From positions 1 through 64,000 of the forward strand of contig JBHLJY010000012.1 of NCBI GenBank assembly GCA_048887225.1: a DNA stretch of 64,000 bases, given 5' to 3'. The notes beneath the pieces are model-generated. The model was not told the DNA's origin, ran no database searches, and was given only the letters and a program-made list of their open reading frames with translations. The position numbers were made by a program, and so were the translations under genes. Every line of letters starts with the position of its first letter. The stretch's first letter is position 1. Positions 1 through 11,814 of the stretch are shown piece by piece. Origin of the DNA: Candidatus Hodarchaeota archaeon (GTDB taxonomy: Archaea; Asgardarchaeota; Lokiarchaeia; Sigyniarchaeales; SOKP01).

Positions 1-150
1 AATCCCTTTAATAATTCTATTATGTATTTTAGGTCTAGTTTTAATAAGTGTTAAAATTAAAAAGAGCATATCAAAAGAAAGAAAATGGGGTTTAAAAATA
101 CATTAAGGAATTAAACCAAATCATTCTTTTGAATTATTAAATACTTTAAA

Positions 151-1017
151 TCAATATAAATTTCTGAGATATTTAAGCAATATATAATATGCCATATCAG
201 CAATTCTTTTTGGAATAATCTTTTTTATTTTAAACTTTTTCAAAGCATAAATAATAAGACAGAAAGCAATTGAAGTTACCATTTTTAAAAGTATAACATA
301 AGAAACTCCAAATTTTCGTGGATTCACAGTTATAGGAATTTCTATAATTCTTAGATTATAATAAGCTGCTTTAAATAAGATTTCTGTACAGAAAGTAAAG
401 GTAGAATAAATCATATTTTTAAATATCTTTAAACTCCTTTTGGAAAACGCTCTAAATCCACTCTGATTATTACCCACTTTTTGATGAAAAAAAAACTTTA
501 AACAATTATTAATTATAAATTCACCTACTCGTGTATGAAGAGGGACTTTATAAATAGAATTACCTTTATATCTTGAGCCAACTACTATATCGGCATCGTT
601 ATTAATAATTGGTTTAATTAGTTTTGTAATCTCTTCAGGATTATGTTGTCCATCAGAATCCATAGTTATTAAAATATCCCCAGAAGCATGTTTGATACCA
701 GTTTGTATTGCTGCGCCATATCCTAAATTATAAGGATGTTTTACTATATGAACATTTTTGTTTTTTACTTCTTTTATTTGTTCTATACTTTTATCTATCG
801 AACCATCGTCGATTACAATGATTTCTTGTTGGTATAAATTAGGTATTCTCTCAAGTATATCTTTAATAGTAAATTCCTCGTTGAATACAGGAATTATAAT
901 AGAAATTAGTAAAGAATTCTCATCTTTTTTCAATTTAGAGTGCTCTTGCTCTTTACTGACTGTTATTATTTCGGAAGAGCTATCTTTTTTTCTTTTAAGG
1001 AATGAATTCCCTGTCAT
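151..1017 (-). CDS. Glycosyltransferase family 2 (DPM1-like)
   Basis: IIIPVFNEE, IDDGS, DSDGQH and QSGFRAF motifs. Confidence 0.9.
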   Translation of the reverse strand: MTGNSFLKRKKDSSSEIITVSKEQEHSKLKKDENSLLISIIIPVFNEEFTIKDILERIPNLYQQEIIVIDDGSIDKSIEQIKEVKNKNVHIVKHPYNLGYGAAIQTGIKHASGDILITMDSDGQHNPEEITKLIKPIINNDADIVVGSRYKGNSIYKVPLHTRVGEFIINNCLKFFFHQKVGNNQSGFRAFSKRSLKIFKNMIYSTFTFCTEILFKAAYYNLRIIEIPITVNPRKFGVSYVILLKMVTSIAFCLIIYALKKFKIKKIIPKRIADMAYYILLKYLRNLY

Positions 1018-1134
1018 AACTACTATAATAAAAATTAATATATTATAAATTACTCCAGCATACTCATACTGTATAAGCTATTTAAATTTTACCACTAATT
1101 ATTAATATTTTCATTTTAACATTTTTGAGGAAGA

Positions 1135-1437
1135 TTATAAATCTTCCCTTGGTACTGGGAATTCATCTGTCTCTTCTTCTCTTACTTTAGAGAATATTGA
1201 AGTATATTCTAATCCTGACCATTTTGTATTAACGATTATACTTGCAACTACTAAACCTGCAGCTATAATAATGTATAACCATAGCATATTATATGGAAAT
1301 AGATTTAACAAGAAATTTATCACTATTAATATCATTTCACCTATAAAAATTAAAATAATAATAAGAAAATTTAAAATAAAGCCAATAATATCTGTAATTG
1401 GTTGTATCCAGTCATATCTCACATACTTAGATATCAT
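1135..1437 (-). CDS. Hypothetical membrane protein
   Basis: Two hydrophobic segments; co-oriented with upstream ORFs; GAGGT-type RBS. Confidence 0.65.
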   Translation of the reverse strand: MISKYVRYDWIQPITDIIGFILNFLIIILIFIGEMILIVINFLLNLFPYNMLWLYIIIAAGLVVASIIVNTKWSGLEYTSIFSKVREEETDEFPVPREDL

Positions 1438-1456
1438 TTTTTTTAAATCAACCTCA

Positions 1457-1972
1457 CTATTTTCCTCTTTTAAATCTTATATCATCTCTATTTACTATAT
1501 AGTAAATCAAATTATAACTTTTAATGATAATTGTAAAAAAGTAAACTCCAAGATAAACAATAATTAATTGTGTTAAGTTTAAAGCAATTATTCCGAAATC
1601 TATTAATTCTATATTTAGATCGAGAGCACCTGAATATTGATATGACCAAATATAAAGGAAATTTAAAATAATTTGAATCAATGATAAAATGCCTTTTCTA
1701 ATTGACTGTAGAGGGGAAGAATGTGTACAAAAAGCTGTTGCTGTAATAATAGAGCCCAGAGCAATTATCCAATATATTATTTTGTTGTATTGAGAAGCAG
1801 TAATCTCTATTTCTGCGCCTTCGATTTCCAATGCCATTAACCATGTAAATGTTAAATAGGGGATTAAAACTGTAGCTATAAAATATAATGAAGCGAATAA
1901 AGTACCCCTTAGTATATTACTTACACCTCTTGGTCCAAATTTTCTTTCCAATTTTGTCCTTATATAACTCAT
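1457..1972 (-). CDS. Hypothetical multi-pass membrane protein
   Basis: About 4 TM segments; AGGAGG RBS. Confidence 0.75.
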   Translation of the reverse strand: MSYIRTKLERKFGPRGVSNILRGTLFASLYFIATVLIPYLTFTWLMALEIEGAEIEITASQYNKIIYWIIALGSIITATAFCTHSSPLQSIRKGILSLIQIILNFLYIWSYQYSGALDLNIELIDFGIIALNLTQLIIVYLGVYFFTIIIKSYNLIYYIVNRDDIRFKRGK

Positions 1973-1987
1973 TATTTTCCTCCTTTT

Positions 1988-2545
1988 TTAGAAGAAATAT
2001 GTACCTAAATCAGTATCTTCTAATTCTACTTTAAAAGACAAAAGGCTATAAGAGTATGTAGCTGAAATTACAATAGTTTCTGCTGTAAAAAGTATGTCAT
2101 AAGCTGGTTCAGCATTTAATAATATATCATTCCAATTTACATTAGTTATATCCTCATATTTAATTTTAAATGATCTTGTTTCCTCCTTACCCGCTTTAAT
2201 TGCATCGAAACTTTCATCATCATCAAAAATGGTAACTTCCACAGGTTCTCCGATTCCATCATTATTAGTATCTCTCTGATAAACCATCAATAATTCAATT
2301 TCAATAGTAATATCTTCTAAATCAGAATAACCTTTATTATCTATGGTAAAATCTATCTCTATTTCAAACAAACTCGGATTAACCATTATATCACCAACGA
2401 AATTCGCTTCTAAATCAATATTATCCTCATCTTCTAGTATTAATAAAGCGGAATACCCCCCTATGAAAGCAACATACGCCAACATTGAAGCAATTATTAA
2501 AATAAACGCCTGAATGCTTAGTTTTGCGTACCGTAATTGTTTCAT
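1988..2545 (-). CDS. Hypothetical membrane-anchored acidic beta-rich protein
   Basis: N-terminal TM helix followed by an acidic beta-strand-like domain. Confidence 0.7.
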   Translation of the reverse strand: MKQLRYAKLSIQAFILIIASMLAYVAFIGGYSALLILEDEDNIDLEANFVGDIMVNPSLFEIEIDFTIDNKGYSDLEDITIEIELLMVYQRDTNNDGIGEPVEVTIFDDDESFDAIKAGKEETRSFKIKYEDITNVNWNDILLNAEPAYDILFTAETIVISATYSYSLLSFKVELEDTDLGTYFF

Positions 2546-2756
2546 TTAATTTTTCCCTCAAAAAATCGTGTTATATTAATTTTGTTTCAGTTTAAATGTA
2601 AATATAAGTATTTTTCTCTTTGATCTTATTTAAATTTTATATATATTTAAAACTATTCACTCAATTCTTAACCATATGTCAAGATCATGATATTTAAAAT
2701 TTTGAGGGAGATTTTTTAAATAATAAATAAAACGAGTATTAAAAAAATAAAAGCTA

Positions 2757-3566
2757 TTAAACAGCAATAAAAAGTCGACCATTTGTCTCTTTCTCTACAG
2801 AATGATCTCCGCTATATTCAACAAATTTCCCTCTTATTACCTCATCGTTTGGTAATGCGATTTCTTTTACTTCACCTATTTTTTTAAAAGAGGGAAGTTT
2901 TCTTTTTACTTTACCTTTTATTATTATTATTCCCCATGCTTGATCAGCTCCAGCACAGCGATCGACATCGCCGTCAATTATTATAGTCCCTCCATGATTA
3001 TGAATCCCTAAGAATGCGCCAGCTTCACCGCAGATTAGCATTGGAAATTTTTTTGCGCCTTTTGAACTTCTTGCCCATAACATTGCTTCATGTCCAACTT
3101 TACCATTTACTTTAATAATACCGTTTTCCATACCTTTCCAAAATCCTCTATAAGCAGCTCCAACATAATTCCCCGCATCTCCATTAATTTCTAATTCTCC
3201 ACCTTTTAGCATGGCACCTGCCCAGTCATCAGCATCTCCATTAACCACTATTTTACCTCCTTTCATCTGGTTTCCAACATGCATACCTACATTTCCATTT
3301 ATTACTATTTCCCCTCCCGACATTTTTTCTCCAATTCTCTTAACGTTGGAAAGATCACCATCAATAATAATTATTAATTCATTAGCATCTCCCGATTTTC
3401 CTGATACATCAAAATAAGCACCTATTGTACTTTGCTCATTTCCATGGTATACGATTAATTTCTTTATTTCGTTAATTGTTTTTCCAGCAAAATGGTCAGG
3501 AGAAATTGATTCTGCTTCTAAAGGAAAAATTGTTTGTTTTTTCAATTTTAATTTAACTTCGGCCAC
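2757..3566 (-). CDS. fwdC: Formylmethanofuran dehydrogenase subunit C
   Basis: PLEAESISPD start, GxxMxGGxIxxxG beta-helix repeats, operon with fwdB/D. Confidence 0.93.
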   Translation of the reverse strand: MAEVKLKLKKQTIFPLEAESISPDHFAGKTINEIKKLIVYHGNEQSTIGAYFDVSGKSGDANELIIIIDGDLSNVKRIGEKMSGGEIVINGNVGMHVGNQMKGGKIVVNGDADDWAGAMLKGGELEINGDAGNYVGAAYRGFWKGMENGIIKVNGKVGHEAMLWARSSKGAKKFPMLICGEAGAFLGIHNHGGTIIIDGDVDRCAGADQAWGIIIIKGKVKRKLPSFKKIGEVKEIALPNDEVIRGKFVEYSGDHSVEKETNGRLFIAV

Positions 3567-3570
3567 GGCG

Positions 3571-4893
3571 TCATTCCCCCTTTCTTTCTCTTACTTTTTC
3601 GATTAATTTTTCTAATATTTCTCTATCAGTTAATAAATCATTAGGTGCATCTTTAACTTTTCTCAATCTTAATGGCACGTTGTCCATACGATACGCAGTA
3701 CCTTCACATTCAATTCCAGCATATGCGGCCGGTAAAATAACATCGGCATTTACAGACGTTGGTGTTACATGAGGTTCTATAACAATTAATGGATGCTTTA
3801 ACATATTCTTTACAGCAGCTGCAGGAAAATTGCTGGCAGGGTCAGAAGCAACTATTAATGATAAATCTATTTGGTCTTTCAAAAGCAATTCAACCGAAGA
3901 AAATTCTCCAGGATTATATCTGGGATATCCTCTTGAAAAATCTATTGAATAAGGATAACCAGTATTCCATGTAAAAACTTGATTTGCACCAGTAACATTA
4001 TAATGACCTCGCATGGGTGTTATTAAAAATTTAGTATGGTCGTTTAATTCTCGAGTCAAACAAATAGCAGCATCTATATTTCGGTGGTGAGCTAAAGATT
4101 GAGTTAATCCCATACCAAAAAATATTACACCAAAATTACATGATTTTACAATATCTACCAATTCTTTAATATTTTCTATAGGAACGCCTGCTACCTCCTT
4201 CTCATCTAATTCAACTCCTCTAAGCATGGCTCTGATTGCGTTCAATAATTCATAATCTTCACTTGGATTTACTTGAACAAATAAATCCGCAATTTGGGCA
4301 GTATGAGTATTCCGTGGATCTATAACAACGATAAATCTATCATTTCTTCCATCCTTTCTAAAATATCCTCTTACAAATTCGCTATATCTCCCAAGATGTC
4401 TTGGATGAGCATGGACGGGATTACATCCCCAGAATATTACTAAATCAGCTCTATTTTTATATTCTCCTAAAGTTGATGTTGGCACTCCTACATCTTGTTC
4501 AGCTAAAATAGTAGGGCCGTGACAAACAGATGCGGTATTGTCTAAAATACCTCCAACTAATTCAGCTAATTCTACACCTTTACTCTGTGCTTCGCATTCT
4601 GTACTTGAAAATCCATAAAGTAATGGTCGTTTTGCCTTCGCTAAAATTTCAGCAGCTTTGTCGATCGCTTCTTCCCATGATGCCTCATTAAAAGAACCTT
4701 TTTTTTTAATCAAGGGTTTTTCATATCTATGTTCACTAGGATTAGAAGCGAAAAACTTTTTTGTACCAATTTGACATCCATTCCTAACTTCAATTACCTT
4801 ATTATCAGCTATATCAACCTCTAGATCATCACAAAGCGTACCACAAAATGGACATATAACGTCATAGACAGTTCTTATTTTTTTTACTGCCAT
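3571..4893 (-). CDS. fwdB: Formylmethanofuran dehydrogenase subunit B (Cys form)
   Basis: CPFCGTLCDD, NTASVCHGP, PMRGHYNVTG and GTAYRMDNVP motifs. Confidence 0.95.
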   Translation of the reverse strand: MAVKKIRTVYDVICPFCGTLCDDLEVDIADNKVIEVRNGCQIGTKKFFASNPSEHRYEKPLIKKKGSFNEASWEEAIDKAAEILAKAKRPLLYGFSSTECEAQSKGVELAELVGGILDNTASVCHGPTILAEQDVGVPTSTLGEYKNRADLVIFWGCNPVHAHPRHLGRYSEFVRGYFRKDGRNDRFIVVIDPRNTHTAQIADLFVQVNPSEDYELLNAIRAMLRGVELDEKEVAGVPIENIKELVDIVKSCNFGVIFFGMGLTQSLAHHRNIDAAICLTRELNDHTKFLITPMRGHYNVTGANQVFTWNTGYPYSIDFSRGYPRYNPGEFSSVELLLKDQIDLSLIVASDPASNFPAAAVKNMLKHPLIVIEPHVTPTSVNADVILPAAYAGIECEGTAYRMDNVPLRLRKVKDAPNDLLTDREILEKLIEKVRERKGE

Positions 4894-4895
4894 TT

Positions 4896-5291
4896 TTAAG
4901 CCTCTACTAACGTTTTTATTAAATCTAAAGCGTCTAATACTTTTCCATCTTTTAACACTTCTACTTTTGCTTTCATTCCTTTATATGTTGGAGTCCCACT
5001 AGATTGCGAATCAGGATTAACAACTTGATTTGCCCAAGGGCCCATTGGTATAAAAATTATCCCTGGATGAGGTCCTTCCTCTGAGATGGTTGAATATACT
5101 ATTACTTCACCATGATCCGTTGTAACTTTAACTGGTGTTCCAGGAAGAATATCTAATTTTTTAAAATCTTCACCATCAAAAATGCAAATTGCTGCTGCGC
5201 GAACATTTTCTTTAGTGGTTTTTCCACCTTCTAAAGCAACACCTTGATTAATAGTTCGCCCTGTTAATAAAATTAAATTATCTATACTCAT
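4896..5291 (-). CDS. fwdD: Formylmethanofuran dehydrogenase subunit D
   Basis: LLTGRTINQG, FIPMGPWAN and GTPTYKG motifs. Confidence 0.93.
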   Translation of the reverse strand: MSIDNLILLTGRTINQGVALEGGKTTKENVRAAAICIFDGEDFKKLDILPGTPVKVTTDHGEVIVYSTISEEGPHPGIIFIPMGPWANQVVNPDSQSSGTPTYKGMKAKVEVLKDGKVLDALDLIKTLVEA

Positions 5292-5294
5292 TTT

Positions 5295-6002
5295 TTACTC
5301 CTTCACATTGCTCCATTTTAAGGTTTTTAATCTCTCTATAAGGTCAGGCCAGAAAGGGTCTTTAAAATCTCCAGAGTATTTTACATCAGTAATCTCTAAT
5401 TTAATCGCCCCTGTAGGACAACCATTATCGCAAGCTCCACAGAATACACATTTTTCTTCATCAACAACAACGTTAGGTATTTTTTCCCATCCTTTTTTTT
5501 CAGATTTAGAAGGTACAGTGATAGCTTCAGATGGACAAACTTCTGCGCACGTCTGACATCCACCAGGACACTCTTCGTCCACTATACTAATTTTACCATC
5601 AGCATATTGTTTGACTATTCTACCATTATCTAATGTCTTTGTCTCAAAATCAAGTTTTGGCATTGCTTTTTCTTTTACTAAAGTAAGATCTTCTAGATTA
5701 ACTACTTCCCCGTTAATTTTTAGAGTTAAAGCGCTAAATGGACACATATAAACACACGTACCGCACATTACACATGCGTTAGGATCGTAAACTTCTGGAA
5801 TTATATCTTCCGTAGTTGGAAATCTTTTAGAAGCTCCCACAGGTCCACGTGAAATGGCTTCTTTAGGACAAACCCTGGCACAGGTGCCGCAGCCAACACA
5901 TTTCTCACGGTCCAAAATTAATTCTAGACTTTCTGTAAGATATTTAACAGTAACATGTTCTTCTTTTTTACTAATTGACCTTGATATTTTGGGAAATGAC
6001 AT
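5295..6002 (-). CDS. Polyferredoxin, FwdF-like (4 x 4Fe-4S)
   Basis: Four CxxCxxCxxxCP-type motifs; in the fwd operon. Confidence 0.85.
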   Translation of the reverse strand: MSFPKISRSISKKEEHVTVKYLTESLELILDREKCVGCGTCARVCPKEAISRGPVGASKRFPTTEDIIPEVYDPNACVMCGTCVYMCPFSALTLKINGEVVNLEDLTLVKEKAMPKLDFETKTLDNGRIVKQYADGKISIVDEECPGGCQTCAEVCPSEAITVPSKSEKKGWEKIPNVVVDEEKCVFCGACDNGCPTGAIKLEITDVKYSGDFKDPFWPDLIERLKTLKWSNVKE

Positions 6003-6009
6003 ATCTTCT

Positions 6010-6267
6010 TCACTCCACTTCTAAAATTTCAATTTGTATAGCATTCTGAGGACAATTTTCTATACAAATACCACATCCATCACAGTTTACATCTCGAGTT
6101 TCTTGAAATATATCATATGCTATTCCATTTTTAACTAATAAAACCGCATTTTCCCGCGTGAGTTGTCCTTTTTCTTTTAATTGATTAAAGTTAATTGGAC
6201 AAGAGACGACACAAACGTTACAACCTGTACAAAAGTTTTTATTAATTTTAAGTCTAAAAATCTGCAT
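6010..6267 (-). CDS. fwdG: 2x[4Fe-4S] ferredoxin, FwdG-like
   Basis: CTGCNVCVVSCP and CDGCGICIENCP; first gene of the fwd operon. Confidence 0.8.
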   Translation of the reverse strand: MQIFRLKINKNFCTGCNVCVVSCPINFNQLKEKGQLTRENAVLLVKNGIAYDIFQETRDVNCDGCGICIENCPQNAIQIEILEVE

Positions 6268-6485
6268 ATTCTTTTTCTTATTCTATTATCGACTTAAGAC
6301 TTTAAAAGTATTGTTTTATAAAAAATTTGTTATAGGATTTGTAAGGCTAAACTCTTAAATAGTTTTTCAAAAAAATTGAAATTTAGAGTTATAAGGATTA
6401 GATTTTTATATTCAACAAATTCAATGTTCTATAACTAAATTCTATTTTATTTCAGAAAAATATCTTAGGAAGGTATGAAAGTAAT

Positions 6486-8141
6486 ATGGAAAAAGGAATT
6501 TTCACGTTTTTAATTGGTGGTAAAGCAGGTGAAGGGGTTAAAAAAGCTGGATCAGTAGCATCCCAGATTTTTAACAACCGTGGGCTCCGAGTTTTTCAAA
6601 TGGATGATTATATGAGTTTAATTAGAGGCGGTCACAATTTTTCTGTTGTATCTACAACTAACAGATGGATAAGTAGCCATTATATGAAGGCAGATTTGAT
6701 TGTAAATTTTGATAAAAGAAGTTGCGATATCCATAAAAAACACCTCTCAGAAGGAGGATTAAATGTATATAACTCAGATGAGATTAAAGGAATTGGAGGT
6801 ATTGGAGTTCCTTTGACTTCCCAAGCCAAAAAATATCCCGCAGGTAGATTAATGTTTGGAGTCGGAGCTATTGCAATTTTAGCGGCCTCAATTGGATTAG
6901 AAAAAGAAGAATTAAATTCAATGATTAAAAAAGAATACGGAACTGGTTTGGAAGATAATCTTTCTTATGCTAATATAATATATGAATTAATCTTCCCCAA
7001 ATTAGGTAATAGGTTTAGTATTAAAAATGATGGTAAAAAGAGACCTATAATCACAGGCAATCAAGCAATATGTTTAGGGGCAGTTGCTGGCGGATTAGAT
7101 GTATATTATGGATATCCTATGACCCCCGCTTCATCTATTTTACATTACTTGGCATCTCAAGCTGAAAATTTTGGATTAGCTGTTGTTCATGCTGAAAGTG
7201 AGATTTCGGTTATCAATATGGCGATAGGATCATCGTTTACTGGAGCTAAAGCCATGGTTGGGACCAGCGGAGGTGGATTTGCTCTTATGGTTGAAGGACT
7301 TTCATTAGCAGGAATGGCAGAGGCTCCTGTATTATGCGTATTGTCAATGAGACCTGGACCTGCAACCGGCGTTCCAACATATACAGAACAAGCAGATTTA
7401 TTTTTTGCTCTTAATGCGGGTCATGGAGAGTTTTTAAGAATTGTTGCTTGTCCTAGCACAGTCGAAGAAGCTTATTACTTAACCGCTGAAATGCTTGATT
7501 TAATTTGGAAGTTTCAAACACCTGGTATTTTACTTACCGAAAAGCATCTATCAGAAAGTTGGATGACAGTTGATATTAATGTAGAAAAAGCGGTATGGGC
7601 TGAACCAATAATGCATACTGGAGGTACATATAAAAGATATCTTGACACCCCCGATGGTATTTCACCTATGCTCTTTCCTCCTTCGAAAGAAACTATTAAA
7701 TGGACAAGTTATGAGCATGATGAGTTAGGTATTACAACAGAAGAACCCGAATTAATTGCGAAAATGCATGAAAAGCGAGATAAAAAGAATCAGGCAATAG
7801 TAGAATATTTGAGAAAAAGAAAAACTCTCAATGTCTATGGGGATAAAGGACCAGTTATAATTTCTTATGGTTCGACAACAATGAGCGTGCTGGAGGCCCT
7901 TAATTATGGAAGTATTGAAGCAAAAGTCATTCAACCAATATATCTTAATCCATTTCCAGTCTGGGAACTCGAGAATTTTAAAGATGAGTCAATTATAACC
8001 GTTGAATTAAGTAAGGAAGGGCAATTCACACGATTAATTAAAGAAAAATGTGGTATAAAATCTAAAGCACTGATTAACCAATATGATGGGAGACCATTTG
8101 ATCCTATTGATTTATCAAATAAAATTAAGGAGGTAATCTAA
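6486..8141 (+). CDS. 2-oxoacid:ferredoxin oxidoreductase alpha subunit (gamma-alpha fusion)
   Basis: GGKAGEG, IRGGH, GYPMTPAS, TSGGGFALM and RPGPATGVPT motifs. Confidence 0.93.
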   Translation: MEKGIFTFLIGGKAGEGVKKAGSVASQIFNNRGLRVFQMDDYMSLIRGGHNFSVVSTTNRWISSHYMKADLIVNFDKRSCDIHKKHLSEGGLNVYNSDEIKGIGGIGVPLTSQAKKYPAGRLMFGVGAIAILAASIGLEKEELNSMIKKEYGTGLEDNLSYANIIYELIFPKLGNRFSIKNDGKKRPIITGNQAICLGAVAGGLDVYYGYPMTPASSILHYLASQAENFGLAVVHAESEISVINMAIGSSFTGAKAMVGTSGGGFALMVEGLSLAGMAEAPVLCVLSMRPGPATGVPTYTEQADLFFALNAGHGEFLRIVACPSTVEEAYYLTAEMLDLIWKFQTPGILLTEKHLSESWMTVDINVEKAVWAEPIMHTGGTYKRYLDTPDGISPMLFPPSKETIKWTSYEHDELGITTEEPELIAKMHEKRDKKNQAIVEYLRKRKTLNVYGDKGPVIISYGSTTMSVLEALNYGSIEAKVIQPIYLNPFPVWELENFKDESIITVELSKEGQFTRLIKEKCGIKSKALINQYDGRPFDPIDLSNKIKEVI

Positions 8142-8142
8142 G

Positions 8143-8982
8143 ATGGAAGAATTAAGAACTCATGCTGAAATTACTTGGTGTCCTGGGTGCGGTAATTTCG
8201 CTATTCGTAGTGCTATTGAAAAAGCAATAATAAAATTAGAGACAAAGGGTATAAAAAGAGATAATATAATAATTTCTGCTGGTATTGGTTGTCATGCTAA
8301 GATGTTTGATTATCTTAATTTAAGCGGTCTATATTCCTTGCATGGCAGAGATATTGCGACTCTTCAAGGAATGAAAATCGCAAATCCAGATTTAAAAGTG
8401 ATAACATTTTCAGGAGATGGTAATGGACTAGGAGAAGGGCTTGCACATACGTTGTTTGCGGCTAAAAGAAATCAAGATATGACACTAATCCTGCACAATA
8501 ATAGTGTCTATGCTCTAACTACAGGACAATTCACACCTCTTACAGAAAAAGGCTGGGAAGGACCGTCAACTCCGAAAGGAAGCATAGAACAACCGTTTAA
8601 TCCTATATCTTTATTAATAGAAGCTGGAGCAACATTTGTAGCAAGATGTTTTTCGGGAGAGATTGATCATCTTGCTGATATTATTGTTCAAGCTGTTGAA
8701 CACGAAGGTTTCTCTTTTGTGGAAGTATTGCAACCGGCTATACCTTATCATTCTTGGAAAGAATATAAAGAAAAAATCGAATTTCTTCAGAATACGCCTA
8801 AGACCTTTGAGGAAGCGATAATAGCTGCGAGAAAAAAAACCAAATTCACGTTAGGAGTGTTTTATCAAAATCAAAGACCTGTTTTTCATAAAGAACTACT
8901 TGGCAATCATAATCCTGTTATGAAAAAACAATCCCAGGCGGAACGCTGGAAAAAAATAAGTGCCTTATTGAGTACAAAGTAA
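8143..8982 (+). CDS. 2-oxoacid:ferredoxin oxidoreductase beta subunit
   Basis: WCPGCGN, GIGC, TPP-binding GDG motif, YALTTGQ. Confidence 0.93.
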   Translation: MEELRTHAEITWCPGCGNFAIRSAIEKAIIKLETKGIKRDNIIISAGIGCHAKMFDYLNLSGLYSLHGRDIATLQGMKIANPDLKVITFSGDGNGLGEGLAHTLFAAKRNQDMTLILHNNSVYALTTGQFTPLTEKGWEGPSTPKGSIEQPFNPISLLIEAGATFVARCFSGEIDHLADIIVQAVEHEGFSFVEVLQPAIPYHSWKEYKEKIEFLQNTPKTFEEAIIAARKKTKFTLGVFYQNQRPVFHKELLGNHNPVMKKQSQAERWKKISALLSTK

Positions 8983-9131
8983 GAGAGATTTATTATAAAA
9001 ATTAGATAAATTGTAGAATTTCTTTTTATTAATTTATAGTCTAAGTTTCTTAAGATATTTAATCAAGGATTAGTGAAAATTAATAGAATATAATCCTTAG
9101 ATTGATATTTTTTTTTTAATATTTTTAAACT

Positions 9132-9701
9132 ATGGAAGTGAAAGATGCAATTGAAAAAAGAAGGGCTTATAGATCACTTGATAATATTGAAATAGGAAAG
9201 GATTTAATTGATGATTTAGCTAAAACTGCTAAGTTAGCACCTTCCTGTATGAATAAGCAACCTTGGAGATTTATTTTTATTGAAAGTAAACCTCAATTAG
9301 AAAAAATATTTACTACGCTTACTCCTGGAAATAAGTGGGTAGAGAGAGCTTCTCTAATAATAGCAGTCTTTAGTGAACCACAAAACGACTGTATAATTGG
9401 TGAACGTTTATATTATTTATTTGATACCGGAATGGCCAGTGCCTTCATTATCTTAAGAGCAACAGAATTAGGATTGGTTGCGCATCCAATTGCGGGTTTT
9501 AATGAAGAAAAAGCAAAGGAAATTCTAGGAATTCCAGATAAAATGAGATTAATTACATTGATAAACATTGGCAAGCATTCAAGCGAAATTAATCCTATAC
9601 TCTCAGAACCAATGAAATTAGGAGAAAAACAGCGCCCTCCTCGTAAGAAGTTAGAGGAATTTGTTTATATCAATGAATATGGTAATAGTATAAAGGAATA
9701 A
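9132..9701 (+). CDS. Nitroreductase family protein
   Basis: [17 protein letters not shown] and ATELGL motifs. Confidence 0.9.
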   Translation: MEVKDAIEKRRAYRSLDNIEIGKDLIDDLAKTAKLAPSCMNKQPWRFIFIESKPQLEKIFTTLTPGNKWVERASLIIAVFSEPQNDCIIGERLYYLFDTGMASAFIILRATELGLVAHPIAGFNEEKAKEILGIPDKMRLITLINIGKHSSEINPILSEPMKLGEKQRPPRKKLEEFVYINEYGNSIKE

Positions 9702-9709
9702 TTAAAAAA

Positions 9710-11788
9710 ATGAGTAGTCAAAATCAATCTTTTAAAAATGAGTTAGTAAAAGAAAAAAGTCCCTATTTACTTCAACATGCTAATAATCCTGTAAATTGGT
9801 TTCCTTGGTCGGAGGAAGCTTTTAATAAAGCAAAAGACGAGAATAAACCTATATTCTTGTCGATAGGATATTCAACATGCCATTGGTGCCATGTTATGGC
9901 TCACGAATCCTTTGAAGACGAAGAAATCGGAAATTTAATGAATGAGGTATTTATCTCAATTAAAGTTGATAGAGAGGAGCGTCCTGATATAGATAAGATA
10001 TATATGACTGTCTGCCAAATGATGACTGGATCAGGAGGATGGCCTCTAACTATTATTATGACCCCCGATAAAAATCCTTTTTTCGCAGGTACATATTTCC
10101 CAAAGGAAACTCGATTTGGTCGGATTGGACTTATAGATTTAATCAAAAAAATTAAAAAGATTTGGAATAATAATAAAAGCGAAATATTTAATTCTTCAGA
10201 GCAAATTAAGTTTGCTTTACAAAATGTAACTCAAGAATCTCCAGGGGATAAATTTAATATAGAAATGCTTAAAAGGACTTATAATCAACTTACTCTTCAA
10301 TTTGACTCAAAAAATGGTGGATTTGGTGAACGCCCTAAATTCCCGACACCTCATAATCTTTTATTTTTACTAAGATTTTGGAAACGTACAGGATCAAAAG
10401 ATGCTTTAAAAATAGTAGAAAAAACACTTCAAGCAATAAGGAAAGGTGGAATTTACGACCAAATTGGATTTGGAATTCATCGATATTCTACTGATTCGCA
10501 TTGGTTAGTACCTCATTTCGAGAAAATGCTTTACGACCAAGCATTAGTGTCTATTGCCTATTTAGAAGCATATCAAGCAACAAAAAATGAATTTTATGCG
10601 AATACCGCAAGAGAAATATTTACTTATGTTTTAAGAGATATGACTTCTCCAGAAGGAGGATTCTATTCTGCTGAAGATGCGGATAGTGAGGGTGTCGAAG
10701 GTAAATTTTATGTTTGGTCAAAGAAAGAAATTGAAAAATCTTTGAGCTCCAAAGATGCTGAATTTATTTTAAAAATTTTTAATATTGAGGATTCTGGCAA
10801 CTATTTAGAGGAAGCTACTCAAGATAAAACGGGGAATAACATTTTGTATATTGATAGTTTAGAGGATAGCATAATACCAAAATTAGAAGAAATACGAAAG
10901 GAATTATTTAACATTAGAGAGAAAAGAATTCATCCACATAAAGATGATAAAATATTATCTGACTGGAATGGATTGATGATTGCTGCTTTAGCGATTGCTT
11001 CTCGAGTTCTAAATGAACCAAAATATTTGGAAGCTGCAAAAAATGCGGTTAAATTCATTCTCTCGGTAATGAAAAATTCTGAGAATCGCTTACTTCACAG
11101 CTATAGAGAAGGCAAAGCCGAAATTGACGCTTACTTAACTGATTATGCATTCCTAATATGGGGATTAATTGAATTATATGAAGCTACCTTTAATGTTTTT
11201 TATCTCAAGTCTGCGTTGGAATTAAATAAAATTCAGATAGATCATTTTTGGGATAATATTATTGGAGGATTTTATTTTACAGCTGATGACAGTGAAAAAC
11301 TTTTAACAAGACAGAAAGATATTTACGATGGAGCTATACCTTCAGGCAATTCTGTAGCGATGCTAAATTTACTACGTCTAAGTTATATTACTGGTGATTA
11401 TACGTTAGAAGAAAAAGCAGACATATTAAGCAGAGTTTTCAGTGAGAAATTATATAATACCCCTATAGCTTATACTCAATTTATGGTAGCAGCAGATTTC
11501 GCAGTAGGACCGTCTTATTCAATAGTAATAGCAGGAGATACGGGAGCCAACGATACAAATGAGATAATTGAAGCAATATTTAATGAATATATCCCAAATA
11601 AAGTCCTTATTCATAGACGTACTGATCAAAATCCTCCCGATATTGATGAATTTGCTAATTTTGTTGAATATTTTGATAATTTAAAAGGAAAAGCTACAGC
11701 TTATATTTGTATCAATAAAATGTGTAAGACACCTACGAGTGATGTAAATATAATGCTGGGATTTTTAAATCCGAAATGGAAAAAATAA
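9710..11788 (+). CDS. YyaL/SSP411-like thioredoxin + six-hairpin protein
   Basis: [30 protein letters not shown] and PHFEKMLYD motifs. Confidence 0.93.
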   Translation: MSSQNQSFKNELVKEKSPYLLQHANNPVNWFPWSEEAFNKAKDENKPIFLSIGYSTCHWCHVMAHESFEDEEIGNLMNEVFISIKVDREERPDIDKIYMTVCQMMTGSGGWPLTIIMTPDKNPFFAGTYFPKETRFGRIGLIDLIKKIKKIWNNNKSEIFNSSEQIKFALQNVTQESPGDKFNIEMLKRTYNQLTLQFDSKNGGFGERPKFPTPHNLLFLLRFWKRTGSKDALKIVEKTLQAIRKGGIYDQIGFGIHRYSTDSHWLVPHFEKMLYDQALVSIAYLEAYQATKNEFYANTAREIFTYVLRDMTSPEGGFYSAEDADSEGVEGKFYVWSKKEIEKSLSSKDAEFILKIFNIEDSGNYLEEATQDKTGNNILYIDSLEDSIIPKLEEIRKELFNIREKRIHPHKDDKILSDWNGLMIAALAIASRVLNEPKYLEAAKNAVKFILSVMKNSENRLLHSYREGKAEIDAYLTDYAFLIWGLIELYEATFNVFYLKSALELNKIQIDHFWDNIIGGFYFTADDSEKLLTRQKDIYDGAIPSGNSVAMLNLLRLSYITGDYTLEEKADILSRVFSEKLYNTPIAYTQFMVAADFAVGPSYSIVIAGDTGANDTNEIIEAIFNEYIPNKVLIHRRTDQNPPDIDEFANFVEYFDNLKGKATAYICINKMCKTPTSDVNIMLGFLNPKWKK

Positions 11789-11814
11789 GAGAGTTTGATT
11801 AAGAACTTAAGGTT

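Noticed and set aside
3571-4893. Sec forms of FwdB and MvhD
   Set aside because: FwdB and all MvhD copies in the window read through with Cys at the relevant positions
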